In this document: in pieces, positions 39,088 to 49,530 of the stretch
Layout of the letters: each line of letters begins with the position of its first letter
Numbering within the stretch: the first letter of the stretch is position 1
Source of the DNA: Octopus bimaculoides
Taxonomy: Eukaryota
Length of the DNA: 56,677 nt
Direction of reading: 5' to 3'
NCBI RefSeq assembly: GCF_001194135.2
Contig: NC_069002.1
Coordinates: 12,943,571 to 13,000,247, forward strand
Notes under the pieces: generated by a model
Told to the model about the DNA's origin: nothing
Seen by the model: the letters and a program-made list of their open reading frames with translations, nothing else
The model's database searches: none
Position numbers and translations under genes: made by a program

Positions 39088-40957
39088 TATCCTTTCGTAT
39101 TTATATTTATAATAATTATTAGAGGAAAATAATGGAATATTCATATTTAGAAGTGGAGGGGAAAAAAACAAATCAATGGTGTTCAAAACGATTGCATCTG
39201 AGTTGTCTTCTCCGAGTAAGTGAATTGGCGAGAGAAAGAGAGAGAAGAGAGAGTCAGACAGAAAGAGAGAGAGGGGGAGAGAGAGTTAGACAGAAAGAGA
39301 GAGTGTGTGAGAGAGAGAGAAAGAGAGAGTGTGTGTGAGAGAGGGGAGAGAGAAAGAAAGAGTCAGACAGAAAGAGAGAGTGTGTGTGAGAGAGGGGAGA
39401 GAGAGAAAGAAAGAAAGTGAGGGAGAGAAAGAGTCAGACAGAAAGACAGGGGAGAGAGAGAGAGAGGGAATGAGAGAGAGAGAGAGAGAGTGAATAGAGC
39501 GACAGCTGGGGAAACTTAAAGAATTGCACGTTTGTGTCTTTTGTTTTGTTTTTCGGTCGAAGAAAACAAAATGTTGAATATAATTTATGATTAGAAGTGA
39601 TAGAAAAATAAAAAGAGACATTAATACTATTATGAGAGGGAAAAGAACAAAACCAAGCAAAAGAGACTAAAATGATCTTTATCTGAGTTGTCTCAGTGCA
39701 AGAAAATCAAGTGGTGCAAGTGTGTGTGTGTGTGTGTCTATGTATGTATGGGAGCGAGAGAGAGAGAGGGGGGGGAGAGAAATATCCCAGGAATATAAAA
39801 TATAGAGAGTCGCACGTATTTTTGCCTTTTCTTTTTATAGCTGAGGAAGAAGACGATGGAGAAAGTAATGACTATTGATAATAATTATACAATAGTATAA
39901 GATGTGGAAAATAATGGCTTCGAATTTTGGCACGAGGCCGGTAATTTCAGGGATTGTGTAAGTCGATTACACTGCCGCTCCTCCCTCTGAGCTTAACTGG
40001 TACTTTTTTTTGTCGACCTCAGAACGCAAAGACGGACGAAATGCCGCTAAGCATTTTATCTTGCATGCTAACGATTCTACCAGCTCACCGCCTTGGGGAT
40101 AATAATGGAACGTTTATATAAGGGGAGGCTACTGGGCAAAACGCTTGGCGGCATTTCGTCTGTCTTCGCGTTCTGAGTTCAAATTCCGCTGAGGTCGACT
40201 TTGCCTTTCATCCTTTCGGAGTGGATAAAAATAAATACCAGTTGAGCACTGGGGTTGAGGTAATCAACTTACCCCGACCCCGAACTTGCTGGCCTTGTGC
40301 CAAAATTTGAAACCAATATTATGAGGGGAAGGTAAGGCGTAGAACTGGCAAAATCGTTAGCACGCCGAGTCAAATGCGGCGTGTCCATCCGTCATTATGT
40401 TCTGAGTTCAAATTCCACTGTGGTCGACTTTGCCTTTTTTAATTCAAGGTCGATAAAATTAGTAGCAGTTGAGCATTTGGATCGATGTAATCGACTTACT
40501 CCCTCTCCCGAACTTACTGGCCATGTACCAAAATTTGAAATTTCGAATCAGTGTTATAAGGGGATGGAAAAAGACGATGTTATCTGAGCTGTTTCTGAGA
40601 CAGTCTCATACTGTATTCCACACATTTCAACATCCTTGGAATTGACATAAGAGAGCTCAAAAACCGAGATAAAATCTTTGGACTCATTGACACCTTTTCT
40701 ATAGTCATTATAAAATATTCGCCTTCCTGTAACTTGAGGGTACGCCCCGATACGTCTTCACCGCCATCCTCTTTCTCTTCCATCTCAAGTCACCATGTAT
40801 CTCTCCTACAGCTAAATATCTTTATTTCCGTATTTCTCTCATACTTCCCATGACGAAGCATAAAGCTACCTACCTCAATATTACTCCCCACCTCAGTTGA
40901 GAAGTCTTGTCTTGCAACATACTTGCTGAAGATAATGATAATGTGATACAAACCTTC

Positions 40958-41182
40958 GGTACTACTAAAGCAGCACGGTCCCGAACGCGCAGTCGCGCGT
41001 CTGCGCTAGCTAGTCGTGAGTGGTCGATCCTAACCCTAACCCTATCCCCAACCCTAACCCTAACCCTATCCCTAACCCGCGTGTGCAAATGAATACGTGT
41101 TTAGGGTTAGGATCGACCACTCACGACTAGCTAGCGCGGATGCGTGACTGCGCGTTCGGGACCGTGCTGCTTTAGTAGTACC
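40958..41182. mobile_element. 225-bp foldback MITE, 82-bp TIRs, 9-bp TSD (Mutator/MULE-like), internal telomeric repeat
   Basis: TIRs 40958-41039 and 41101-41182 (GGTACTACTAAAGCAGCACGGTCCCGAACG..., 3 mismatches). TSD CAAACCTTC at 40949-57 and 41183-91. Eight TAACCC/TATCCC/CAACCC hexamers at 41031-41078. Confidence 0.88.
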
Positions 41183-41592
41183 CAAACCTTCTTATCTACA
41201 ATCTATGATAAAGTGAAAATATCCACTAAACAGTTAAAGAGAACAACAACAACAACAACAAAAAATGGGGTTATGAAAATAAATAACGTAAAGTACCACA
41301 TCCTGTCACTTATGAACCAGGAAATGAGCTCAGTAGAGAATGATTCTGATGTAGAATATGTCATAGTTTGTTTCTCGGCAAATAAAGCAACAAATGGTTG
41401 AAAAAATTAAAAACCAAACTTTAAAAATCGCTCAAGAACCTTAATGTGGAACAGGTGAAACATCAGCCACTGATAAAAAGTTAGATCGCACAATGTCCTT
41501 ATTCGCACCGTCGTAACCTACGCTTTGGAAAGAGTAAAGCTCGTTCCCGTGTCATATAGACTTATAAGGCCGTTTTCCTAATTTCTGTGACA

Positions 41593-41732
41593 ACCACATG
41601 GTTCCGGGTTCAGTCCCACTGCGTGGCATCTTGGGCAAGTGTCTTCTACTATAGCCTCGGGCCGACCAAAGCCTTGTGAGTGGATTTGGTAGACGGAAAC
41701 TGAAAGAAGCCCGTCGTATATATATATGTGTG

Positions 41733-41767
<35 letters not shown>

Positions 41768-42290
41768 NNNNNNNNNNNNNNNNNNNNNNNNNNNNNNNNN
41801 NNNNNNNNNNNNNNNNNNNNNNNNNNNNNNNNNNNNNNNNNNNNNNNNNNNNNNNNNNNNNNNNNNNNNNNNNNNNNNNNNNNNNNNNNNNNNNNNNNNN
41901 NNNNNNNNNNNNNNNNNNNNNNNNNNNNNNNNNNNNNNNNNNNNNNNNNNNNNNNNNNNNNNNNNNNNNNNNNNNNNNNNNNNNNNNNNNNNNNNNNNNN
42001 NNNNNNNNNNNNNNNNNNNNNNNNNNNNNNNNNNNNNNNNNNNNNNNNNNNNNNNNNNNNNNNNNNNNNNNNNNNNNNNNNNNNNNNNNNNNNNNNNNNN
42101 NNNNNNNNNNNNNNNNNNNNNNNNNNNNNNNCTGGTGTGTTTACGTTCCCGTAACTTAGCGGTTCGGCAAAAAGAGACCGATAGAATAAGTACTAGGCTT
42201 ACAAAGAATAAGTCCTGCGGTCGATTTTCTCGACTAAAGGCAGTGCTCCAGCATGGCCGCAGTCAAATGACTGAAACAAGTAAAAGAGTA
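41593..42290 (+). mobile_element. SINE family 1 spanning an N gap at its internal microsatellite
   Basis: 5' half before and 3' half after the gap. Confidence 0.85.
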
Positions 42291-42329
42291 TATATTCCCC
42301 ACCGTACTTCTTTTAGACCTTTTCACCGC

Positions 42330-42830
42330 GACACTAGAACTGCCCAGGTGTGACCAACCAGTGCAGGCGACAAAATTCCCACACAACAGCATGTATTTTG
42401 TAGAGTCATATGTTGTGACAAAGGGCCAGACGTTTCAACCATTCCCAACGCCCGTTCTTGCTGCATTAATCTACTCATCCTCTTGGGTTGCTTTCTCAGC
42501 GGCTTCCGATAATTTTCTGGCAACATCTTTTCTTTCCTTCGTAGTTAGTCCAAGACTCTTGAGCATCGAGTGAATTCTGATTCCAACAAATCCTCTTAAC
42601 ACATATTTCTACAGGACTGCCTATTGCCTACCTTCTATTGCTTTCGCACAGTTCGACCAACTGACAGCTCAACCATCTTTACCACCTTTCTTTCATTGTC
42701 CAACAATTTAAGCACAGATCTTTTTGGTGGCAAACAGTGGGAAGTGATATTTACGATCAAGGCAACAGAAACTTCCCAAATCCTTCTCCATTTTAGATCA
42801 TTCTTCTTCCTTACAGTGGCAGGCTAGCAG
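42330..42830 (-). mobile_element. Hero-like (R2 superfamily) LINE 3' remnant
   Basis: KVVKMVELSV...QLVELCESN...PVEIC/RGFVG...LGLTTKERKDVARKLSEAAEKA resembles the Hero pattern PVEVGCRGF...AAERAS. Confidence 0.55.
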
Positions 42831-42979
42831 TGTTCAACTTCCCTGCAAAACCTTATTTTTTTCCACAAGAAATAATGAATAATAATAGTAATGTGTTTTG
42901 AATGACACAACAATGCATTATAATAACAACAATGGACAACAACAAGTCCATTGTGGTTATTATAGTGCATTGTTGTGCC

Positions 42980-43020
42980 GGTCCAGATGGACTATATGTA
43001 ATCTGAACCTTCCCACCCCC

Positions 43021-43055
<35 letters not shown>

Positions 43056-43295
43056 CGGAATCCCACGTTTTAGACTATGGAGATTCCGATTCTGAAAAGA
43101 AACTTTTTCAAAAATCTCAAATTCAAAATTTGGATCCCCCCCACTCCCAATTTCCTCATTTTAAAATATTTTCCGGAAATTTTTTTTTTTTTTTTTTTAG
43201 AAATGCGTAAAAAAAATANNNNNNNNNNNNNNNNNNCCCCCCCCCCCCAATAACAAGGGGGGGAAGGTTCAGATTACATATAATCCATCTGGACC
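42980..43295. mobile_element. MITE with ~40-bp TIRs and 8-bp TSD (GG termini, Merlin-like); contains a small N gap
   Basis: GGTCCAGATGGACTATATGTAATCTGAACCTTCCC... versus its reverse complement ending 43295. TSD GTTGTGCC at 42972-79 and 43296-303. Superfamily inferred only from termini and TSD length. Confidence 0.8.
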
Positions 43296-43479
43296 GTTGT
43301 GCCATTCAAAACACATTATTATCGTTTATTATTTTTTACAAACAAGCGAACTACAATACTCTCTTATTTTTCCATGCTCTACTCCTTGTGGTCTTTCGCT
43401 GTTAATTCGCTTTACCCTCTCCGCTACTACATCAGCCAGTACTCTTAAATATTCAGTTATGCTGCTATGTATCTCTGTA

Positions 43480-43748
43480 TTTCAGACCTACCGGACGACT
43501 GGAGAAGCCTCACAGTTCCAACCTTTCCACGTTCGCCCCACCCATTCACCTCTTGCTTCCGACACTTAATAGCTAAAGGGAGGCAATTCCTTCATAAATT
43601 ACCGGCAACTCTTAAAGGGAAGTAATTCATCAAACTTCCGGACCGTCGAAATGAAATAGCAGCCAAGTTTCACTTTTCGGCAACTTTGCTCGAAGCAAGT
43701 TCATTTATGTTCGTTGTATTAAGGTAAAAACCATTGAAATTTGTCAAC
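43480..43748 (+). promoter_or_regulatory. Probable BRF2 promoter/5' UTR, CpG-richer, with ETS motif ACTTCCGG at 43634-43641
   Basis: Repeat-free, locally CpG-enriched sequence directly upstream of the ATG. ETS/GABP-type core is typical of TATA-less housekeeping promoters. TSS not visible from sequence. Confidence 0.45.
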
Positions 43749-43913
43749 ATGTGTGACGTAATGGACTTAGAGTGCCCTTCATGTGGTGAGAGAGCCATCA
43801 TGAGGGACTATCACGGAACAGATGAACATTATGTTTGCGTTGAATGTGGGTCTCTTGTCGAAAATTCTGGTTTAGTTTCAACGAAATATGATGTTGGAGG
43901 TGAAATTAAACAG
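43749..43913 (+). CDS. BRF2: BRF2 coding exon 1 (TFIIB-type zinc ribbon)
   Basis: ATG at 43749 (alternative in-frame ATG 43761). Encodes MCDVMDLECPSCGERAIMRDYHGTDEHYVCVECGSLVENSGLVSTKYDVGGEIKQ with CxxC...CxxCG ribbon, like human BRF2 CPDCG...VCSDCG. Ends at CAG|GTAACA donor, phase 0, 165 nt. Confidence 0.88.
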
Positions 43914-45838
43914 GTAACAATTGTTGATTTATCCTTCCCTATCTGTATATTGTCTAGTCTTCGTTTTATTTTCCTATTTTTGTATACACAAGTCTCCAAT
44001 ATTCGGTTATTTTCCGACAAATGCTTAAGTTGGTGACGCAGAAACTTTGTTTTATGTATCATGTTAACACATCTTTCAAATCAATATCTACACAAAAGGC
44101 GGTAAGCTGGCAGAATTGTTAACACGCCGGGTAAAATGCCTAACGGTATTTCGTACACCTTCACGTTCTGGGTTCAAATTCCGTCGAGGTCGACTTTGCT
44201 GTTCTTCCTTTCAGGGTCGATAAAATAAATACCTGTTGAATGCTGGGTGTCGAAAATCGCTGTCCTTGTGCCAGAATTTGAGACCAATATCTACACAATC
44301 AATCTATTTATCTATCTACCTTCCTTTTTACCTGTCTTCCTTCTCGATATATTTCTGTCTGTCTAGCTATCTTTCTTCCTTCTCTCCTTTCTTTCGGTTT
44401 TTTTTTCCACACAAATATCACAAGGTATTATTGGTTCAAGAATGTCAGTTTTGTTGTCGTTGTTTACATGTTTCATCAATATAATGTGCATATCCTTCTC
44501 CTCATTACCATCATCGTCATTTTCACATCCACTTTTCCATGCTTGCATGGGTTGGATGAGTCCGTTTGAACCTAATATCTCCGCACTTGCTGCAGCTCTT
44601 CTCATCTTGATGGTAAGATCCAGCATCCTGAGCTCACACTCAGTTTTACGCAGGTTTACCTTGGTTTCCCTCTTATGTATAAATGCACACATACATATGC
44701 ATGCATACAACTCATATGCATACATCTATATACACATGATGCATGCATATACATGCATGCAACCATATACATGCACACTCACTAGGCTTCTGCACAATTT
44801 CTATTTAACAACTTCCACTTGCAAGGTATTCATCAAGCTGAAATCCAATGTGCCATTTAGTCTGATTGATCCAAGAACCAGCTATTCTTGTGCCCAGTTT
44901 TGGCCTTTTCATCATCATCATCATCGTTTAACGTCCGCTTTCCATGCTAGCATGGGTTGGACGATTTGACTGAGGACTGGTGAAACCAGATGGCTACACC
45001 AGGCTCCAATCTGATTTGGCAGAGTTTCTACAGCTGGATGCCCTTCCTAATGCCAACCACGCATTCATATTATTATCATTATTATTAAAGCAATGAGCTG
45101 GCAGAATTGTTAGCACACCAGGTGAAATGGTTGATTTTGCCATTCATCCTTTCAGAGTCGATGAAATAAGTACCAGTTATACACTGGGGCCGAATATCCC
45201 CCTTCCCAAAATTTCAGGCTTTGTGCTTATGGCAGAAAGGATTATTATTATTGTCGAGCCAAGTGAGATTGTAGTGATGGCTGATGCCAGTCTTACGTAA
45301 CTGACACCTGTGCTGGTGGCATGTAAAAAGCACCCACTACATTCTTCAAGTGGTTGGCATTAGGAAAAGCATCATCATCATCGTTTAACGTCCGCTTTCC
45401 ATGCTAGCATGGGTTGGACGATTTGACTGAGGACTGGTGAAACTGGATGGCAACACCAGGCTCCAATCTAAATTTGGCAGAGTTTCTACAGCTGGATGCC
45501 CTTCCTAATGCCAACCACTCAGAGAGTGTAGCAGGTGCTTTTACGTGTCACCTGCACAAAGGCCAGTCAGGCGATACTGGCAACGGCCACGCTCGAAATG
45601 GTGTCTTTTATGTGCCACCCACACAAACCATAGAAACCATGCCAAATCAGGCTGGAACTTGGTGCAGCTTACCAGTTTTCAGTGAAACCATCCAATCCAT
45701 GCCAGCATGGAAAACAGACATTAGAGGACAATGATTATTATTATCAATATTATTATTATTATTATCATTATTATTTTTATGTTTTCTAAAGTATTGGGTT
45801 TTGACTTTTGAAGTATTTTCTCTTATTTTTTTTTCTAG

Positions 45839-46816
45839 TTTGTTCCGTCCAAAGTCGGTCAGTCAAAGACCTCTAAATGTCCAGGATTTCAAAATTTGGT
45901 ATCTTACTTAGAAACAATTTGTCTTCTGCTGAAAGTCTTACCAGAAATTGAAGAACTTGCTAAGGACCATTTCAACACATTATACAATTTACACGTTGTG
46001 AAGTATAAAGGTATGGAATCCAAGGAGTATTTAGTCCTTGCTTGTGTCTACATCAGCTGTCGACAGCACAATGCTCTGTACACCCTGCTGGAGATTGCTA
46101 AGCTGGCCAGGTGCAACGTATTTAATCTTGGCAATGCTTACAAGACTGCTGTACAGTTACTTGGACTGAGTCTGGAACAATCTGGAATTGGTGCTCTGAG
46201 CCGGCAGCTGTTCTCACAGTCGAATCTGACAGTTCCTGTTATTTCTCGTGCTCACGAGTTGCTTCATCTCAGCAACAAATTTTGGTTGGTTAGCGGGAGA
46301 AATCCAGTTGGGTTATTGCTGGCTGTTTCATATATATCATGGAAAACTGACAAACCTATGGAGCGGTGCAAAATATCTGCTCAGAAATATTGCAAAGAGC
46401 ATAAACTGACTTTCTCTCCAATGGTGAAGCAAAGAATTAGTGAAATTGAGAAAGTGTTGTTCCATCTCGCTCTGGAATTGCCTTGGGTGAAAACAGAGCC
46501 AATCAAAGAACGGTTGCCGTTTCTAGTGAATGATATACTTAATTATCAGAAGTCTTTGATTTTGGAAATGGAAAGAAACATAAATAATGAAAAAAACAAT
46601 GAAGAACAATTTCCATTCATTTCCAAAAATAATTATGGAGAAATTCTTCCCCCTATTATGAAGAAAAAAGTGAAAAAGGTTGAAGAATCTGAACCTTATT
46701 CAGTTGCCTTAGTTACTTGCTGTGATAAAAGTGACAGTGAAGATCTCGACCGACTTAATGTAGATGACTATATCAAGTCAGAGAAAGAAATTGAAGCTTT
46801 GAAGAACTTAGAATGA
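45839..46816 (+). CDS. BRF2: BRF2 coding exon 2 (cyclin-fold repeats and C-terminal domain)
   Basis: Polypyrimidine tract plus TTTTCTAG acceptor at 45837-38, phase 0, open for 326 codons to TGA. KEYLVLACVYISCRQHN vs human KEVLVGCCVLITCRQHN; FWLVSGRNPVGLLLAVSYISW vs [21 protein letters not shown]; ELPWV vs QLAWL; ILPPIMKK vs LLPPCMLK. Spliced product 380 aa. No long BRF1-type C-terminus. Confidence 0.92.
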   Translation, partial: FVPSKVGQSKTSKCPGFQNLVSYLETICLLLKVLPEIEELAKDHFNTLYNLHVVKYKGMESKEYLVLACVYISCRQHNALYTLLEIAKLARCNVFNLGNAYKTAVQLLGLSLEQSGIGALSRQLFSQSNLTVPVISRAHELLHLSNKFWLVSGRNPVGLLLAVSYISWKTDKPMERCKISAQKYCKEHKLTFSPMVKQRISEIEKVLFHLALELPWVKTEPIKERLPFLVNDILNYQKSLILEMERNINNEKNNEEQFPFISKNNYGEILPPIMKKKVKKVEESEPYSVALVTCCDKSDSEDLDRLNVDDYIKSEKEIEALKNLE

Positions 46817-47259
46817 AAAGAAGCTCTTGTATAGGAAATAAGTCTGGTATTTTCTGAAAGCTGCATGCATGTGGTTGAGTCATGATGGCCATCAGATTAG
46901 CAGTAAGGAATCCAAGTTCTATCACTGATGTTTGCAACAGGCAATTTCACTACCCTGGGTAAAATTAATCTTTTATCAGCTAAATGCTACAGAAACTGGA
47001 GATTTAAAATATAGCTATACCAGTTGTTGCGGTTCAGAATATGATGAAATCAATATATGTGAGAGAGGATTCTACCGTGCCTATGATTGAACAAAGGAGC
47101 TCCAATATAGTTGCTCTGCTTACTAGAAATAGCTACTAAATAACCCTCAAATCACTTCCTAGCATCATGTAATCCTGCCTATTGCTAAAATAACAGAATA
47201 CTTATAACTGTTAAGCTTTTGATTGTAGATATACTCAATCACAAGTGACCTGGGTTTAA

Positions 47260-47480
47260 CGCTTTAACAGTTCAACTGGCTATATCCGGCCCAAATATGC
47301 TATCTGTTTTATGTTCAAACCAACCAGATCCTGCTTCTCATACCTACACTACAGTGTCATTTCTAAAGAAATACTATCACTTCATTGAAATCTTGAAGCT
47401 ATGAGAAAATGTATGATTAATCCAAAGCAATGTGAATAAATAAGCATTGCATTTGACAAAGTGATCTGAATGCTAAAAGG
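47260..47480. mobile_element. piggyBac-type MITE family A, older copy, 221 bp
   Basis: TTAA at 47256-59 and 47481-84; colinear with 35073-35293. A left-end-only fragment of the same family starts at 22061. Confidence 0.75.
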
Positions 47481-47524
47481 TTAATCGATAACTATTACCT
47501 TTTATCATGCCAAGGGAGATAGAC

Positions 47525-48110
47525 TGTGTCTATTTATCCAGTCAAGATCTACGCATCATATTTATTTTACTCAACATCTACATACTGTGTCAATCCATGC
47601 AGTCAACATCTGTTTATTGTTTGTGTCTATCCAGTAAACATCTACACACTGTGTCTATTTATTGACTCAACATTTACACACTGCATCTGGCCATATAGTC
47701 AACTTCTACACTCTGTTTATCCAGTTAATATCTATACCAAGTGCTTATCTATCTAGTCAACATCTACATACTCTGCCTATTAACCCTTTCGTTACTGTAT
47801 TCATTTTGAAATGCTCTGTGTTTTTTTCAGTTACTTCAAATATTAGAAAGAATTTAGTAAAATAACTTAGTTATCATTAAGCTGGTGTTAGGAACATAAA
47901 TTGTGACTAAGGTTTGGTGGAAGATCTTAATTCAAAACTTATAAAAACAAGACATTTGAACTACAGAGCCAGAGGCGGTTTCAGCCGGGTTGGTAATGAA
48001 AGGGTTAATCCTGTTAACATCTACAAGTTGTCTGTCTTTCCATCCTACATTTACATACTGTGCCTCTCTGATCAAAAACACAACATTGTCTATCTCGCTA
48101 CCCAGTCACC
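47525..48110. repeat. Degenerate ~30-bp minisatellite (TATCCAGTCAACATCTACACACTGTGTC-like) split by a piggyBac MITE
   Basis: Recurrent CAGTCAACATCTACA units on both sides of 47784-48004. Confidence 0.65.
47784..48004. mobile_element. piggyBac-type MITE family B, 221 bp
   Basis: TTAA|CCCTTTCGTTAC...GTAATGAAAGGG|TTAA, inserted in a minisatellite. Confidence 0.85.
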
Positions 48111-48481
48111 ATATGCACACTCTTCTAATATCAGAGTAAATTTTGTTGTTAGACAAAAGACTAATGTTTCAGACAGAACCTTTGATTGGAGAGTGATAGT
48201 CACAATACTCCCAAGTAATCTTCGATCCCCTACTTAGACATTTCAATTCCCCAAACTACTCCCTTAACAACTCCACAGTAAAGTCACCTTACTCGGCCTT
48301 CATCTGGAAATACCAAGAAAAAAACTCACATCTTTACTCTAGGTGTTATTGGACACCTTTTTCTTCCAGTCTATTTAGACCTTCAACTCTACCATTTCCT
48401 CCATCTCCAGCCATTAAAGCTTTTTCTCAATATCTTTTCACTGTATACGATATATGAGTTGGACATGTCTATATATATTTA

Positions 48482-48698
48482 TGAGGCGGTGCTGAAAAGT
48501 TCTTGGCTTTGGGTAAAAGAAAATACAGGAGGGTCAGTTAATTAGGATTTTATTTATCATATTCTCCTCTCAGATTCACACATTTATTGCAGTGGTCCTT
48601 CAGTTTTTCTAAACCCTGTAAAAGAACTCAGAAGGTTGAGCTTTCAACCAGGACTTTCATGATACCCTTAAATCCCGGAACTTTTCAACACCCCCTTG
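48482..48698 (-). mobile_element. mariner-derived MITE, reverse orientation
   Basis: TA TSD at 48480-81 and 48699-700; TIR GGTGCTGAAAAGTT / AACTTTTCAACACC. Confidence 0.8.
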
Positions 48699-49204
48699 TA
48701 TGTATGTATGTGTGTATATATATCAGATGGGACCTCGATGACTGCTATGAAGCAGGAAAGTATACTAGCCCCTCTATATATATATTTAATACTCAATATT
48801 TCATATATTCAATAAGACATTCAATACTTCATTTAATTTTACTATTTATATTATATATTCCATATTCTATATCCCACATTAATTTTATAAGAATATAAAT
48901 AAAACATAAAAAACAGACAGAGTTGGAACTCTTTTAAATAATATATATATATGCCCAAAACATTAGATCTCTTCTCTTCTTCACTCTGGATAATATTTTC
49001 ACCACTTTTTGAGCAGTTTGCATAACTATTTACCAATTCACTAGAATCCTTGAGTTCTTCTCTTTTACTATATACACATTGTCTAGCTTTCTAGCAATCC
49101 AATCAACATGTTTGTACTGTGTATATCCATCTGGCTCTCAAGTCTATATGTATACACACACAATGTATATTTATCTACCTATTGAGTCCATATATATAAA
49201 TATA

Positions 49205-49530
49205 GCATGGCTCAGTGGTTGAAGTGTTGGGCTCGCAATCATGAGGTGGTGAGTTCGATTCCTGGACCAGGCTGTGTGTTTTGTTCTTGAGCAAGACACT
49301 TTATTTCATGTTGCTCCAGTTCACTCAGCTGTAGTAATGAGTTGCGATGTCACTGGTGCCAGGCTGTATCAGCCTTTGCTTTCCTTTCGATAACATTGGT
49401 GGTGTGGAGAGGAGAGGCTGGTATGCATGGGCGACTGCTGGTCTTCCATAAACAATCTTACCTGGACTTGTGCCTCAGAGGGTAACTTTCTAGGTGCAAT
49501 CCCATGGTCATTCATGACCAAAGGGGGTCA
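49205..49530 (+). mobile_element. SINE family 4 (tRNA head, CTTGAGCAAGACACTT motif)
   Basis: GGCTCAGTGG A box and GAGTTCGATTCC B box; partial second copy at about 36720-36810. Confidence 0.7.

Noticed and set aside
40580-40860. Minus-strand ORF faintly like a LINE endonuclease
   Set aside because: Similarity too weak to call by eye.
41031-41078. Telomeric hexamers as a chromosome end or fusion relic
   Set aside because: They are enclosed by TIRs and a 9-bp TSD, so they belong to a transposon.
43734-44036. Track ORF with TTG start reading past the splice donor
   Set aside because: The ATG at 43749 is the likely start, and sequence after 43913 is intron.
44965-44995. CTGAGGA-CTGGT-GAAA in RTE tails resembling a hammerhead core
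   Set aside because: No stem II can form between the motifs; GAAA is the loop of an ordinary hairpin.
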